From a virus, in the IMG/VR virus record IMGVR_UViG_3300042007_000202, positions 1 to 64,000 of that record: a stretch of 64,000 nucleotides of DNA; one strand, written 5' to 3'. Below are positions 39,661 through 47,976 of this stretch, piece by piece. The translations under genes were made by a program, and so were the position numbers. Position 1 is the stretch's first letter. The number at the start of each line of letters is the position of its first letter. The notes under the pieces are model-generated. The model was not told where the DNA came from and did not search any database. It saw only the letters and a list, made by a program, of their open reading frames with translations.

Positions 39661-39705
39661 CGTCACTTTAAGTGCGGGGGATCCCGTGCGCAAACTTTGT
39701 GTCAC
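39661..39705 (-). promoter_or_regulatory. Family C promoter
   Basis: GTGACACAAAGT TTGCGC-17-TAAAGT on the minus strand. Confidence 0.65.
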
Positions 39706-39767
39706 CCCCCTCCGGGGGCGGCGCTCCGTCGCTATCGTGAGCCCGAGCGCTGCCCGCCCGGCGGCGC

Positions 39768-40292
39768 TCAGAGGTCGAGCGTGAACTGCAAGCTCACACC
39801 GGAGCAGCCCCCGGCGACGTCGGCCGGGTCCTGGCTGATGAACTCGATACGGTCGCGCTTGAGCGCTTCACAGCAGGCCGCCGCCGCCCGCAGCGCGCGG
39901 GCGTCACGCAGGAACCCCCAGGCGGACTCGGTGCGCTCCTCGCACGAAACCGGCTGACCGTCCTGGCTGACCGGCACACACCGGTACACCCCGGCTTCGA
40001 TCCAGGCGCGCACCCGCATGGGCTGGCACTTCATCACCGAGGTCCGGTTGCCGATGGCCTGGGGGTCCAGCCGGACCACCCGCACGTACGCCTGCCCGCT
40101 GGCGCCGCCCTCGCACTCGCAGTCGCAGAAGTCGGCCGGGGGCTTGCTCGCGCCCCACACCAGACAGCAGGCGCACACCGGCCGCCCGGCCGCCGCCAGC
40201 TCGGCGCACACGCACGCCAGGAACGACTGGAGCTTGGGGCCCAGCGCGGGGTCCGCCTGCTCCGGGGTGAGGACGGGAGGGGGGGTGGTCAC
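39768..40292 (-). CDS. Cys-rich head-tail/tail-terminator-like virion protein
   Basis: Follows the adaptor; GQAYVRV, GVYRC, GGC.G motifs. Confidence 0.65.
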   Translation of the reverse strand: MTTPPPVLTPEQADPALGPKLQSFLACVCAELAAAGRPVCACCLVWGASKPPADFCDCECEGGASGQAYVRVVRLDPQAIGNRTSVMKCQPMRVRAWIEAGVYRCVPVSQDGQPVSCEERTESAWGFLRDARALRAAAACCEALKRDRIEFISQDPADVAGGCSGVSLQFTLDL

Positions 40293-41167
40293 GTCTGATC
40301 TCCTCGCTGAGCCCACGGGGCCGGGTCAAGGTCCAGGCTGATCACGGCCGACGGCTGGCGCAGCGAGTTCGGGTTCACCGTGGCGATCCACGAGTCCACG
40401 TCCCGCAGGCCGGTGTAGCCCTTGTCCAGCCACTCCCCGGGGTCGAACATCTCGTAGGTGATGTTTTCGCGGGTCACGGTCTGCACCCGCTCCGGCAGGC
40501 GGCACCCCTTGGCGCCGGTGCACTGCTTGTAGATCTCGTTCGCCAGCGAGCCCAGCGCCCGCATCCCCGCCGCCGGGACGGCCCGTCCACGCAGATAGAG
40601 GACGGAGAAGGTGCCGGGCTCGGTGATGTCCTTCTCCAGGTCCTGGCACGTCGGCCAGCACTCCCCCTCCAGGCCGCCGACCCGGTTGAGGTCGCCGTAG
40701 CCGGAGCGCCGGTGCAGGGTGTACTGGTCGGGCGGGAGCACCTCCCCGTCCACGCGGACTTCCACCACGGCGTTGACCGGGCCGGGCAGCCGGATGGTGC
40801 AGGGGGGCTTGCAGCCGCAGTCCATGCGGGCGCACCCGCACCCGAAGTTGAACCACTTCCCCCGCTCGTCCAGGTACGGATTGTTCACGGAGTTCTGCCG
40901 GGGGTCCCACAGCCATCCCGTGCCGTGCTGGTCGGGGGTGCACGGGCGGCGGCACGGCCGGATCAGCTCCGGGCACAGCCCGTACCGCCCGGCGGTGCGC
41001 GCCCACAGCATCTCCGTGGCGATCTCCACCGCGAGCACGTGTTCCGGTGTCCAGTCGGACACCACGGCGGGGAAGTCCGGCGCGCAGGCGGTGTCCAGCG
41101 GCCACGCGCACGGCCCGGTCCCGTCGGGCGTGAGAGGGCCAGGGGTGGTCGGGTTGATCACCGGCAT
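40289..41167 (-). CDS. Head-to-tail adaptor
   Basis: ATEMLWA.T...YG.C...IRPC; WP.CQD; C.LP.RV..VTR; TG...VD.WI...NP. Confidence 0.8.
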   Translation of the reverse strand: MPVINPTTPGPLTPDGTGPCAWPLDTACAPDFPAVVSDWTPEHVLAVEIATEMLWARTAGRYGLCPELIRPCRRPCTPDQHGTGWLWDPRQNSVNNPYLDERGKWFNFGCGCARMDCGCKPPCTIRLPGPVNAVVEVRVDGEVLPPDQYTLHRRSGYGDLNRVGGLEGECWPTCQDLEKDITEPGTFSVLYLRGRAVPAAGMRALGSLANEIYKQCTGAKGCRLPERVQTVTRENITYEMFDPGEWLDKGYTGLRDVDSWIATVNPNSLRQPSAVISLDLDPAPWAQRGDQT

Positions 41168-41222
41168 AGATCGGTCCCTCCTCGCAGATCGTGTAGCCCG
41201 GACAGCGTATCCACGCAGACCG

Positions 41223-44200
41223 TCACGCCACGCGCTCCAGGACGAGGTACGAGTTCGCGTACACGGTCGTGCCGGTGGCGTCGGCCGCGCCCTGAGCCCA
41301 CTGGAAGGCGTAAGTGCCGCCGCTGGCCCCGGTGACCACGAGGCCCTTGAGCATGGCGCCGTTGGGGGAGCCCATGTCGAACCAGCCGTAGGAGCGCGCC
41401 TGGTCCAGGGTGTTGGCCATGGTGCGGACGGTGGTGGCGTCGGAGGCGACAGAGGCGCCCGGCTGGAGGGTGGTCCACCAGCCGGTAGCGCCGGAGGGGA
41501 TGGCGAAGTCCATGGTGATGTCGCCGCCCGCCGACCCTCCCCACACGATCAGCCCGCGCATCTCGTAGACGGCGTTCGCGGCCAGGGTGACCAGCAGTTG
41601 GGTGTCGTTGGTCTGGACGGCGGTGTTGGTCCGGGTCAGGTTCGACGTCCGGCGCGCGAACAGCCGCTGCCCGATTCCGCTGGCCTGGAGGTTGTTGGCG
41701 AACAGAGTGCCGTTGACCGTGAGGTTCGTGTCGGTGACCAGGCTGCCCGGCTGGTCCCGGTAGAGCGTGGTGTCCAGGGCGCTGGACCCGCCCGCGCCCC
41801 AGTACATCTGGCCGTTGACGAGCTGGTAGAAGCGGGGTTGGGTGTCGCCGCTGATGCGGTGGTCGCGGGCGGCGTCGGTGGCGTTGGTGCGCAGGGTCTG
41901 GAGCAGAGCGCCGGTGGTGAGCTGGCCGGAGGCTGATCGCCACAGTCCGGCGTCTGTGGTGCTCGCGCCGCCCGGCCCCCACCACATGGCGCCGTCGGCG
42001 TTCACGAACCAGCGGCTGGCCGTGTCGCCGGTGACCCGGGCACTGAAGACGTTCCCGGCGGTGGTGGGCCGGTAGACGCGCAGGAGCGTGTTCTGCGCGG
42101 TGAGGATCCCGGCGGCCTCCCGCTCCAGGAAGGTGTCGCGGGCGACTGCCCCTGAGCCCCACTCCATCACGCCGCTGGCGCTCATCCGCCACCGGTCGAA
42201 GGTGTCCCCGGTGACCTGTACGCCCAGGGCGACGGCCGTTCCGCTGGCGCGCATGAGCTGGAGCAGCCCGGACAGCGTGGATGTGCCCAGGACGGCCAGG
42301 TTCTCGTCGAGCTGGAGCAGGTTCGCCGCCGCGCGGCGGACGTGGACGTCGGTGGCTGCGGCGCCGGACCCCCAGCCCACGGTGCCGTCCCCGTTGAGGG
42401 TGAGGCGCGGTTCGGTGTCCCCGGTGACCTGCACGCCCAGGGCGCGGGTGGCCGCCGTGGCGACGGTGGACTGGAGGGTGCCGGTGAGGGTTCCCCCGGT
42501 GAGGGCGAGGTACTTGGTGGCGGCGTCCGCGATAGCGGCGTCGCGGGCGGCGTCGGCCTTGGCCTGGGCCCCGGCCTGAGTCTCCAGGAGCGACGTGTCC
42601 GCGATGCCGTGCACCGCCGTGGTGTCGGCGGCGTGCGCGGCCAGCTCCGCGTCCGTCGCGTAGGCGTCCAGGGCTGCGCCGTCGAGAGTGCCGGTGACAG
42701 TGAGGTCCCCGTTGAAGGTGGCCTGGGCGGCGCCCGTGTCGAAGTCGAAGACCGCGTCGAACGGGTTGGTGCCCAGCATGGTCCGGCCCACCAGGTGAGT
42801 GCCGCCGGGCTCCCACCGCTGGAGCGTGGTCTGGGCGCCGGTGAAGTCGGGGTTCTCCCAGGCGGAGATGTACACCTCGGGGGCGACTTCGAAGTCCAGC
42901 GCGGAGCCGGTGGTGCGCAGCCGGTAGGCGCCCTCGTCGTCTGCGCGCTGCACGGTGAGGTTCGCCCCGTCCACCACGATGCCTCCGGTCACGGTGCCGC
43001 CCGTGACGCGGTTGAGGTACTTGGTGGCGGCGTCCGCGATGGCGGCGTCGCGGGCGGTGTCGGCCTTGGTCTGGGCCCCGGCCTGAGTCTCCAGGAGCGA
43101 CGTGTCCGCGATGCCGTGGACGGCGGTGGTGTCGGCGGCGTGCGCGGCCAGCTCCGCGTCCGTCGCGTAGGCGTCCAGGTCGGCCTGCGTCAGCAGCGCG
43201 GCCGTGTCGGTGATGCCGTGGACATCGGTGGTGGCGTTCGCGTGGGCGTCCAGGGCGGCCTGCGTAGCCAGCCCGGCCAGGTCCGCGTCCGTCACCAGGA
43301 CGCTCGTGTCAGCGATGCCGTGCACCGCCGTGGTGTCGGCGGCGTGGGTGTCCAGGTTGCCCTGCACAGCGGCTACGTCGGCGTCGGTGGCGAGCCCCGC
43401 CAGGTCGGCTTGGGTGGCGAGCTGGGCGGTGTCCGCGATGCCGTGGACGGCGGTGGTGTCGGCGGCGTGCGCGGCCAGCTCCGCGTCGGTCGCGTACTGC
43501 TCAAGGTCCGCGGAAGTCAGGAGCTGCGAGGTGTCCGCGATGCCGTGGACGCCGGTGGTGTCGGCCACGTGGTCAGCGAGCGTGCCAGCGACAGCGGCCA
43601 CGTCCGCATCCGTGGCGAGGACGGAGGTGTCGGGGATGCCGTGGACGGCGGTGGTGTCGGCCACGTGGGCGGCCAGGTCCGCCTGCACCTGCTGGAACTG
43701 CGCGTCGGTGGGGATGGTGGAGGTGTCGGGGATGCCGTGGACGTTGGTGGTGTCGGCGGCGTGCGCGGCCAGCGCGGCGGCCTGGGCCTGGTCCCCGGCG
43801 GTGATCTGCTCCCCGAGGTCGCTGCGCGCTTCGTTCACCTTGGCGGTGGCGTCCGCGCTGGCGGTGGCTTCGGCGGCGGCTTCGGCGGCGTCGGCCTTGG
43901 CCTGGGCCCCGGCCTGAGTCTCCAGGAGTGACGTGTCCGCGATGCCGTGGACGGCGGTGGTGTCGGCGGCGTGGACGGCCAGCGCGGCGGACACGGCGTC
44001 GGCCTTGGCCTGGGCTCCGGCCTGAGTCTCCAGGCTGGCGGTGTCGGGGATGCCGTGAACGGCGGTGGTGTCGGCGTTGTGGGCGGCGATCTTGGCGTCC
44101 ACCTGCTGTGGGGTGACGCCCTCTTCTCCGGTGCCGATGGGGACGCGGATGGACTCCTGGTCGATGCTGATCCAGTAGAACCCGGCCTCCACCCAGAAGT

Positions 44201-44375
44201 GGAGGCGCCCGTTGTTGTCGGTGTTGAGCGGGTTGGGCAGCTCGGTGGTGCCGGAGGCGTCGGCGTAGAGGGTGGCGAACTCGTTGCTGTGCTCCGGGAA
44301 GACGCGGGCCGGAATGTTCCGGGCCAGCTCCCCTGTGGGAAACCAGTACACGTCGTCGTACTCGGCCAGGGCCAC
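41223..44375 (-). CDS. Long fibre/virion appendage protein with His repeats
   Basis: 10 copies of H..(D/A)TT.VHGI.DT; LTGGTLTG fibre motif. Confidence 0.75.
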   Translation of the reverse strand: MALAEYDDVYWFPTGELARNIPARVFPEHSNEFATLYADASGTTELPNPLNTDNNGRLHFWVEAGFYWISIDQESIRVPIGTGEEGVTPQQVDAKIAAHNADTTAVHGIPDTASLETQAGAQAKADAVSAALAVHAADTTAVHGIADTSLLETQAGAQAKADAAEAAAEATASADATAKVNEARSDLGEQITAGDQAQAAALAAHAADTTNVHGIPDTSTIPTDAQFQQVQADLAAHVADTTAVHGIPDTSVLATDADVAAVAGTLADHVADTTGVHGIADTSQLLTSADLEQYATDAELAAHAADTTAVHGIADTAQLATQADLAGLATDADVAAVQGNLDTHAADTTAVHGIADTSVLVTDADLAGLATQAALDAHANATTDVHGITDTAALLTQADLDAYATDAELAAHAADTTAVHGIADTSLLETQAGAQTKADTARDAAIADAATKYLNRVTGGTVTGGIVVDGANLTVQRADDEGAYRLRTTGSALDFEVAPEVYISAWENPDFTGAQTTLQRWEPGGTHLVGRTMLGTNPFDAVFDFDTGAAQATFNGDLTVTGTLDGAALDAYATDAELAAHAADTTAVHGIADTSLLETQAGAQAKADAARDAAIADAATKYLALTGGTLTGTLQSTVATAATRALGVQVTGDTEPRLTLNGDGTVGWGSGAAATDVHVRRAAANLLQLDENLAVLGTSTLSGLLQLMRASGTAVALGVQVTGDTFDRWRMSASGVMEWGSGAVARDTFLEREAAGILTAQNTLLRVYRPTTAGNVFSARVTGDTASRWFVNADGAMWWGPGGASTTDAGLWRSASGQLTTGALLQTLRTNATDAARDHRISGDTQPRFYQLVNGQMYWGAGGSSALDTTLYRDQPGSLVTDTNLTVNGTLFANNLQASGIGQRLFARRTSNLTRTNTAVQTNDTQLLVTLAANAVYEMRGLIVWGGSAGGDITMDFAIPSGATGWWTTLQPGASVASDATTVRTMANTLDQARSYGWFDMGSPNGAMLKGLVVTGASGGTYAFQWAQGAADATGTTVYANSYLVLERVA

Positions 44376-44452
44376 GGCACCTCCTGAACGTGCGGCCGGG
44401 CGGGCGGCCCGTGGGCCACCCGCCCGGAGGGGTGATCTGCGCGGATAAGGGG

Positions 44453-45022
44453 TCAGGCGGCTGCGGTGGAGATGGTGACGTCCGGCGAGGTGAACGCGGA
44501 GCTGTAGGTGCCGTGGAGCGCCTGGACCTTGAAGTCGTAGTCGGTGTCGGCCGTCAGGCCGGTGGCGGTGGCGGTGGTGGTACCGGCGGGGACCGCGATG
44601 TAGGTCCAGGCGCCGGTGGAGCCGTCCGCCCGGTACGCCACGCGGTACCCGGTGGGGGCGGTGCCGTCGGGAGCGGTCCAGTCCACGGTGATGGCGGTGG
44701 TGGTGGGGACGCCGTCCACGGCCAGGCCGCTCGGCGCCTCGATCAGCTCGCAGTTGTTCGGGTTCACGCCGCTCACCTCGGCGTCGGTGGGCTGCACGAA
44801 GGTCGTGGCCCCCTCGTCGGGGCAGGTGATGACGGTCCCGCCGGGGGTGAGCGTGAGGGCCGGGGCCCCGTCACACACTCCGGCGGGGATCTCGAAGTAC
44901 GGCAGGTTGCCGTCGGTGCGGTAGAGGATCTGCTGCGCGGACTCCGCGCCGCCCCAGCAGACGAGCTGCTGGGCGATCTGCTGCATGGTCTCCTGAGTGG
45001 CGATGACCTTGACGCCAGCCAT
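44453..45022 (-). CDS. Fibronectin type III-domain virion protein
   Basis: APSGL...ITVDWTAP...TGYRVAYR...GLTADTDYDFKVQA. Confidence 0.8.
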   Translation of the reverse strand: MAGVKVIATQETMQQIAQQLVCWGGAESAQQILYRTDGNLPYFEIPAGVCDGAPALTLTPGGTVITCPDEGATTFVQPTDAEVSGVNPNNCELIEAPSGLAVDGVPTTTAITVDWTAPDGTAPTGYRVAYRADGSTGAWTYIAVPAGTTTATATGLTADTDYDFKVQALHGTYSSAFTSPDVTISTAAA

Positions 45023-45133
45023 GGCTGCCTCCTGTTGGTGGGGCCCGGCGCCGCCAACGTGGGATCTGGCGGCGCCGGGGGTCTGCGGGTCGGCCGCCCG
45101 CCCGGCCGGGCGGCCGGGCGGAGGCTGGTGGGC

Positions 45134-46597
45134 TTACGGGAAGGGGACGGTGAAGTTGACCGACGTGGACGCCGCCGGGTTCGCCTTGCTGGTCACGGTC
45201 ACGGTCTTCGCGCCGTTCGCGGCGTACAGGTGACTCACGCTGCCCGCCTCGGTCTGGTCCACCACAGTCCCGTCGCCCCAGTTGATGCTGACGGGGCCGT
45301 TGGGCGCGTTGTCCCAGGTGAGGTCGGCGGTCATGCCGGTGGCGTCGGTGGCGTCCTCCACCACGCTGGCGGTCGGGTCGTCCTGGACGGGAACGCTGAC
45401 GGCCTCGCGGGCGCGGTAGGTCTCCACGTCCGCCCGGCGCACGGTCACCGTGTAGACACCGGCCGCCTTGTAGGTGTGGTTGACGTCGACGGTGCCGTCC
45501 CCGCCGACGGTGACTTCCTCGGGCTCGGTGCCGTCGCCCCAGTCCACCGTCGCCACGCCGCTGGCCTGTTCCGGCAGCGTCACCGTGGCGGTGACGGTGA
45601 AGCGGTCGTCGGGGTCGTCGGCGGTGAGCGTGAGCTGCGGGTCGTCGGCGGGGAGCGGGACGGTGATGTCCTTCTCCACCGTGACCGCCGGGGTCTGCTG
45701 GTCGCGGACGGTGATGGTGTACTCGCCGTCGGCGGCGTACGTGTGGGTCACGTAGGCGCCGTCGCTGGCGGTGGTCTCGGCGGTGGCGTCGCCCCAGTTG
45801 ATGACCACGGAGCCGAAGCCGTGGTTGTCCGCGCGCAGGCGGACCGTGCGGCGCGGCGACTCCCCGGCCACGCCCGTGATGGTCAGCTCGGCCACCTCCG
45901 GCGTCGGGCGGTCCACCGGCTGGGCGCCGCACTCCGGCTCCGGCGGCCGGATCGTGGTCTCGAACAGCCGGTAGTGGGTGTCCTCGCCGATGGGCTGGAG
46001 CAGCGGGCCGGGCGCGCCGTTGGCCTGGGTCTGCACCGGGTAGGGGCCGCGCCGCCAGCGGGAGCCGGTCTTGGTGCGGCCGTTGAAGGTGAAGCTGATG
46101 GCGTCGTTGCCGATCTCGATGTCGCCGGGCGCGCCGCCCTTGACCCACGGCAGCAGGATGTAGCCCCAGGAGCCCTGGGCGGCCTCTCCGGAGCACGCGT
46201 CGGAGGTGCCGTAGGTGTCCATCCAGATCTCCAGCGCGAAGCCGTCGCCGGAGAGGGAGCCGTTGGCGTTGTAGCCGATCACGTTGCCTTCGGCGTCCAG
46301 CACCTTGTCCCACGACTGGTTCATGATCTGGACCATGTCGGGGTCGACCTGGCAGAACTCGATCTCCGTGGAGTACCACTGGAGGCTGTCTTCGCCGGGT
46401 TCGTTGATGCAGGTCTGGCCGTTGGCCTTGGTGACGGTGATGGCGTCACCCTCCTGCACTTCGGCCGACAGGGTCGCCGTGACGAACCCGTCGCTGACGA
46501 CCTGGTTCCCGTCCCCGTAGACGGGTCGGCCGCAGGCGTCCAGCCGCGTCACGCGCATGGCGGTGCCGCGCAGGAAGCTCGGGCAGCTCGTAGCCAT
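45134..46597 (-). CDS. Major tail protein with three PKD/Ig-like domains
   Basis: RVTRLDACG...V.DGFV; FALEIW; three repeats of (I/V)(N/D)WGD...H.Y...G. Confidence 0.85.
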   Translation of the reverse strand: MATSCPSFLRGTAMRVTRLDACGRPVYGDGNQVVSDGFVTATLSAEVQEGDAITVTKANGQTCINEPGEDSLQWYSTEIEFCQVDPDMVQIMNQSWDKVLDAEGNVIGYNANGSLSGDGFALEIWMDTYGTSDACSGEAAQGSWGYILLPWVKGGAPGDIEIGNDAISFTFNGRTKTGSRWRRGPYPVQTQANGAPGPLLQPIGEDTHYRLFETTIRPPEPECGAQPVDRPTPEVAELTITGVAGESPRRTVRLRADNHGFGSVVINWGDATAETTASDGAYVTHTYAADGEYTITVRDQQTPAVTVEKDITVPLPADDPQLTLTADDPDDRFTVTATVTLPEQASGVATVDWGDGTEPEEVTVGGDGTVDVNHTYKAAGVYTVTVRRADVETYRAREAVSVPVQDDPTASVVEDATDATGMTADLTWDNAPNGPVSINWGDGTVVDQTEAGSVSHLYAANGAKTVTVTSKANPAASTSVNFTVPFP

Positions 46598-47010
46598 TAC
46601 TGGTCATCCCCTTCCTTCGTCTGCGCAGATCGCGCGCTGGTGGCCTTCTTCGCGGCCGTCTTCTTGGCCGCTGCCTTGCGGGCGGCCGTCTTCTTGGCGG
46701 CCGGGCGGTGGGCCTTGGGCGCGTCGGGGCCGGGGCCCTCCTCTTCCGGCCCCGACGCGGGCTCGGCAGGCGCCGCCGCGCGCGGCGCGCTGGGCGCGGG
46801 CGCGGGGGGGCTGGGGTCTTCGGGCGGCGGGGCCAGTCCCGCCTGCTCGTAGACGCGGCCGACGGACTCCTCGGGGACGCGCAGCGCCTGGCTGCCCGCG
46901 CCGGACACCGTGGTCACGTACTCGGCCCCGACCACGGCCAGAGCGGCGCGGGCCAGCCGCTCCATGGACACGTCCGCTGTGGGGTAGACCAGCGCGTAGT
47001 TCGTGGTCAT
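46597..47010 (-). CDS. Virion-region protein with histone H1-like tail
   Basis: PAAKKTAARKAAAKKTAAKK. Confidence 0.7.
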   Translation of the reverse strand: MTTNYALVYPTADVSMERLARAALAVVGAEYVTTVSGAGSQALRVPEESVGRVYEQAGLAPPPEDPSPPAPAPSAPRAAAPAEPASGPEEEGPGPDAPKAHRPAAKKTAARKAAAKKTAAKKATSARSAQTKEGDDQ

Positions 47011-47849
47011 CAGCCCTCGCCTCCCACGGTCACCAGCACCGCCGCCCGGTAGCAGTCCGCGTCCAGCGCGTACGTCCGCTCGGCCAGCGCCATCCGTGTG
47101 TTGTCGGAAGTCGTGAAGGTCTCGTTCGCGAAGGCGGCGCCGCGCCAGCCGCGAACCGACCCCGTGGCCACCAGCCAGAAGGTGTCTGCGGCGGGCGGGG
47201 TGACGGGGTCGAAGGGGTTGTCGGGGTAGCCGCCGCCGAACGCGACCCGCGAGCCCAGGCGGGTGCGGAGGACTTCGCCGGTGTCGGCGGCGGGCTGAAG
47301 GAGGTTGAGGCTGTCCCAGTAGGTCTGGGTCCAGCGGGGGGCGTGGAAGGTGGGCGCGCCGCCGTAGTTGAGGGCGGCGTCCTTCTCCAGCACCCCCACG
47401 GCCCGCTTGATGCCGACGGCCGCTGCGGCTTCTCCGAGGGGGTAGCGGGGGTCTTCCAGGCCGAGCACGAGGGCGGCGAACGCCTTCTCCGCCTCACGCT
47501 CCTCGATCAGCCCCAGCCGCTCCAAGGCCATGCCGCGCGGGTCTTCGAACCCGACGGCGTTGCATTCGGCGCGGTTGTAGACGGTGAAGGGGCCGGAGCC
47601 TTCGGCCAGTTCGGGCCCGCTGAACACGGTCTTGTCGTGGGTGGTGCCGGGCCCGGGGTCAAGGGGCGCGGGGCACATGCCCAGGACGTAGCCGCCCTGG
47701 GCGCAGTGGTTGGTGAAGTACTCAACTCCGGCGCGCTGCCACGGGCCCTCGCCGTCGGTGATGCTCGCGACGGAGAACAGGCCGTAGCGGTACGGCTCCA
47801 GGAGGGGAGCGGAGTCCACCCAGGTCTTGCCGGGGGTGGGTGTGGACAC
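47010..47849 (-). CDS. Second capsid protein (pentamer-type, cluster B-like)
   Basis: YGLFSVA...PF.VY...C...T.LGS.V.FG.GY...N....AER.Y; directly follows the capsid gene. Confidence 0.65.
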   Translation of the reverse strand: MSTPTPGKTWVDSAPLLEPYRYGLFSVASITDGEGPWQRAGVEYFTNHCAQGGYVLGMCPAPLDPGPGTTHDKTVFSGPELAEGSGPFTVYNRAECNAVGFEDPRGMALERLGLIEEREAEKAFAALVLGLEDPRYPLGEAAAAVGIKRAVGVLEKDAALNYGGAPTFHAPRWTQTYWDSLNLLQPAADTGEVLRTRLGSRVAFGGGYPDNPFDPVTPPAADTFWLVATGSVRGWRGAAFANETFTTSDNTRMALAERTYALDADCYRAAVLVTVGGEG

Positions 47850-47976
47850 GGGGTCTCCGTTGCGTCAGAGGGCCTGGGAGCGTGGCGGCCGGGGCTCCGG
47901 GCATGACTCCGATTCCCCCGGAGCCCCGGCCGCGTTCAGACGGGCGCCCGGCCGGGCGGGCGGGCGGCCGGGCTCA

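Noticed and set aside
42507-43179. DGR template/variable repeat pair in the fibre gene
   Set aside because: Both copies are coding, differences are mostly synonymous and not adenine-specific, and no reverse transcriptase is in the window
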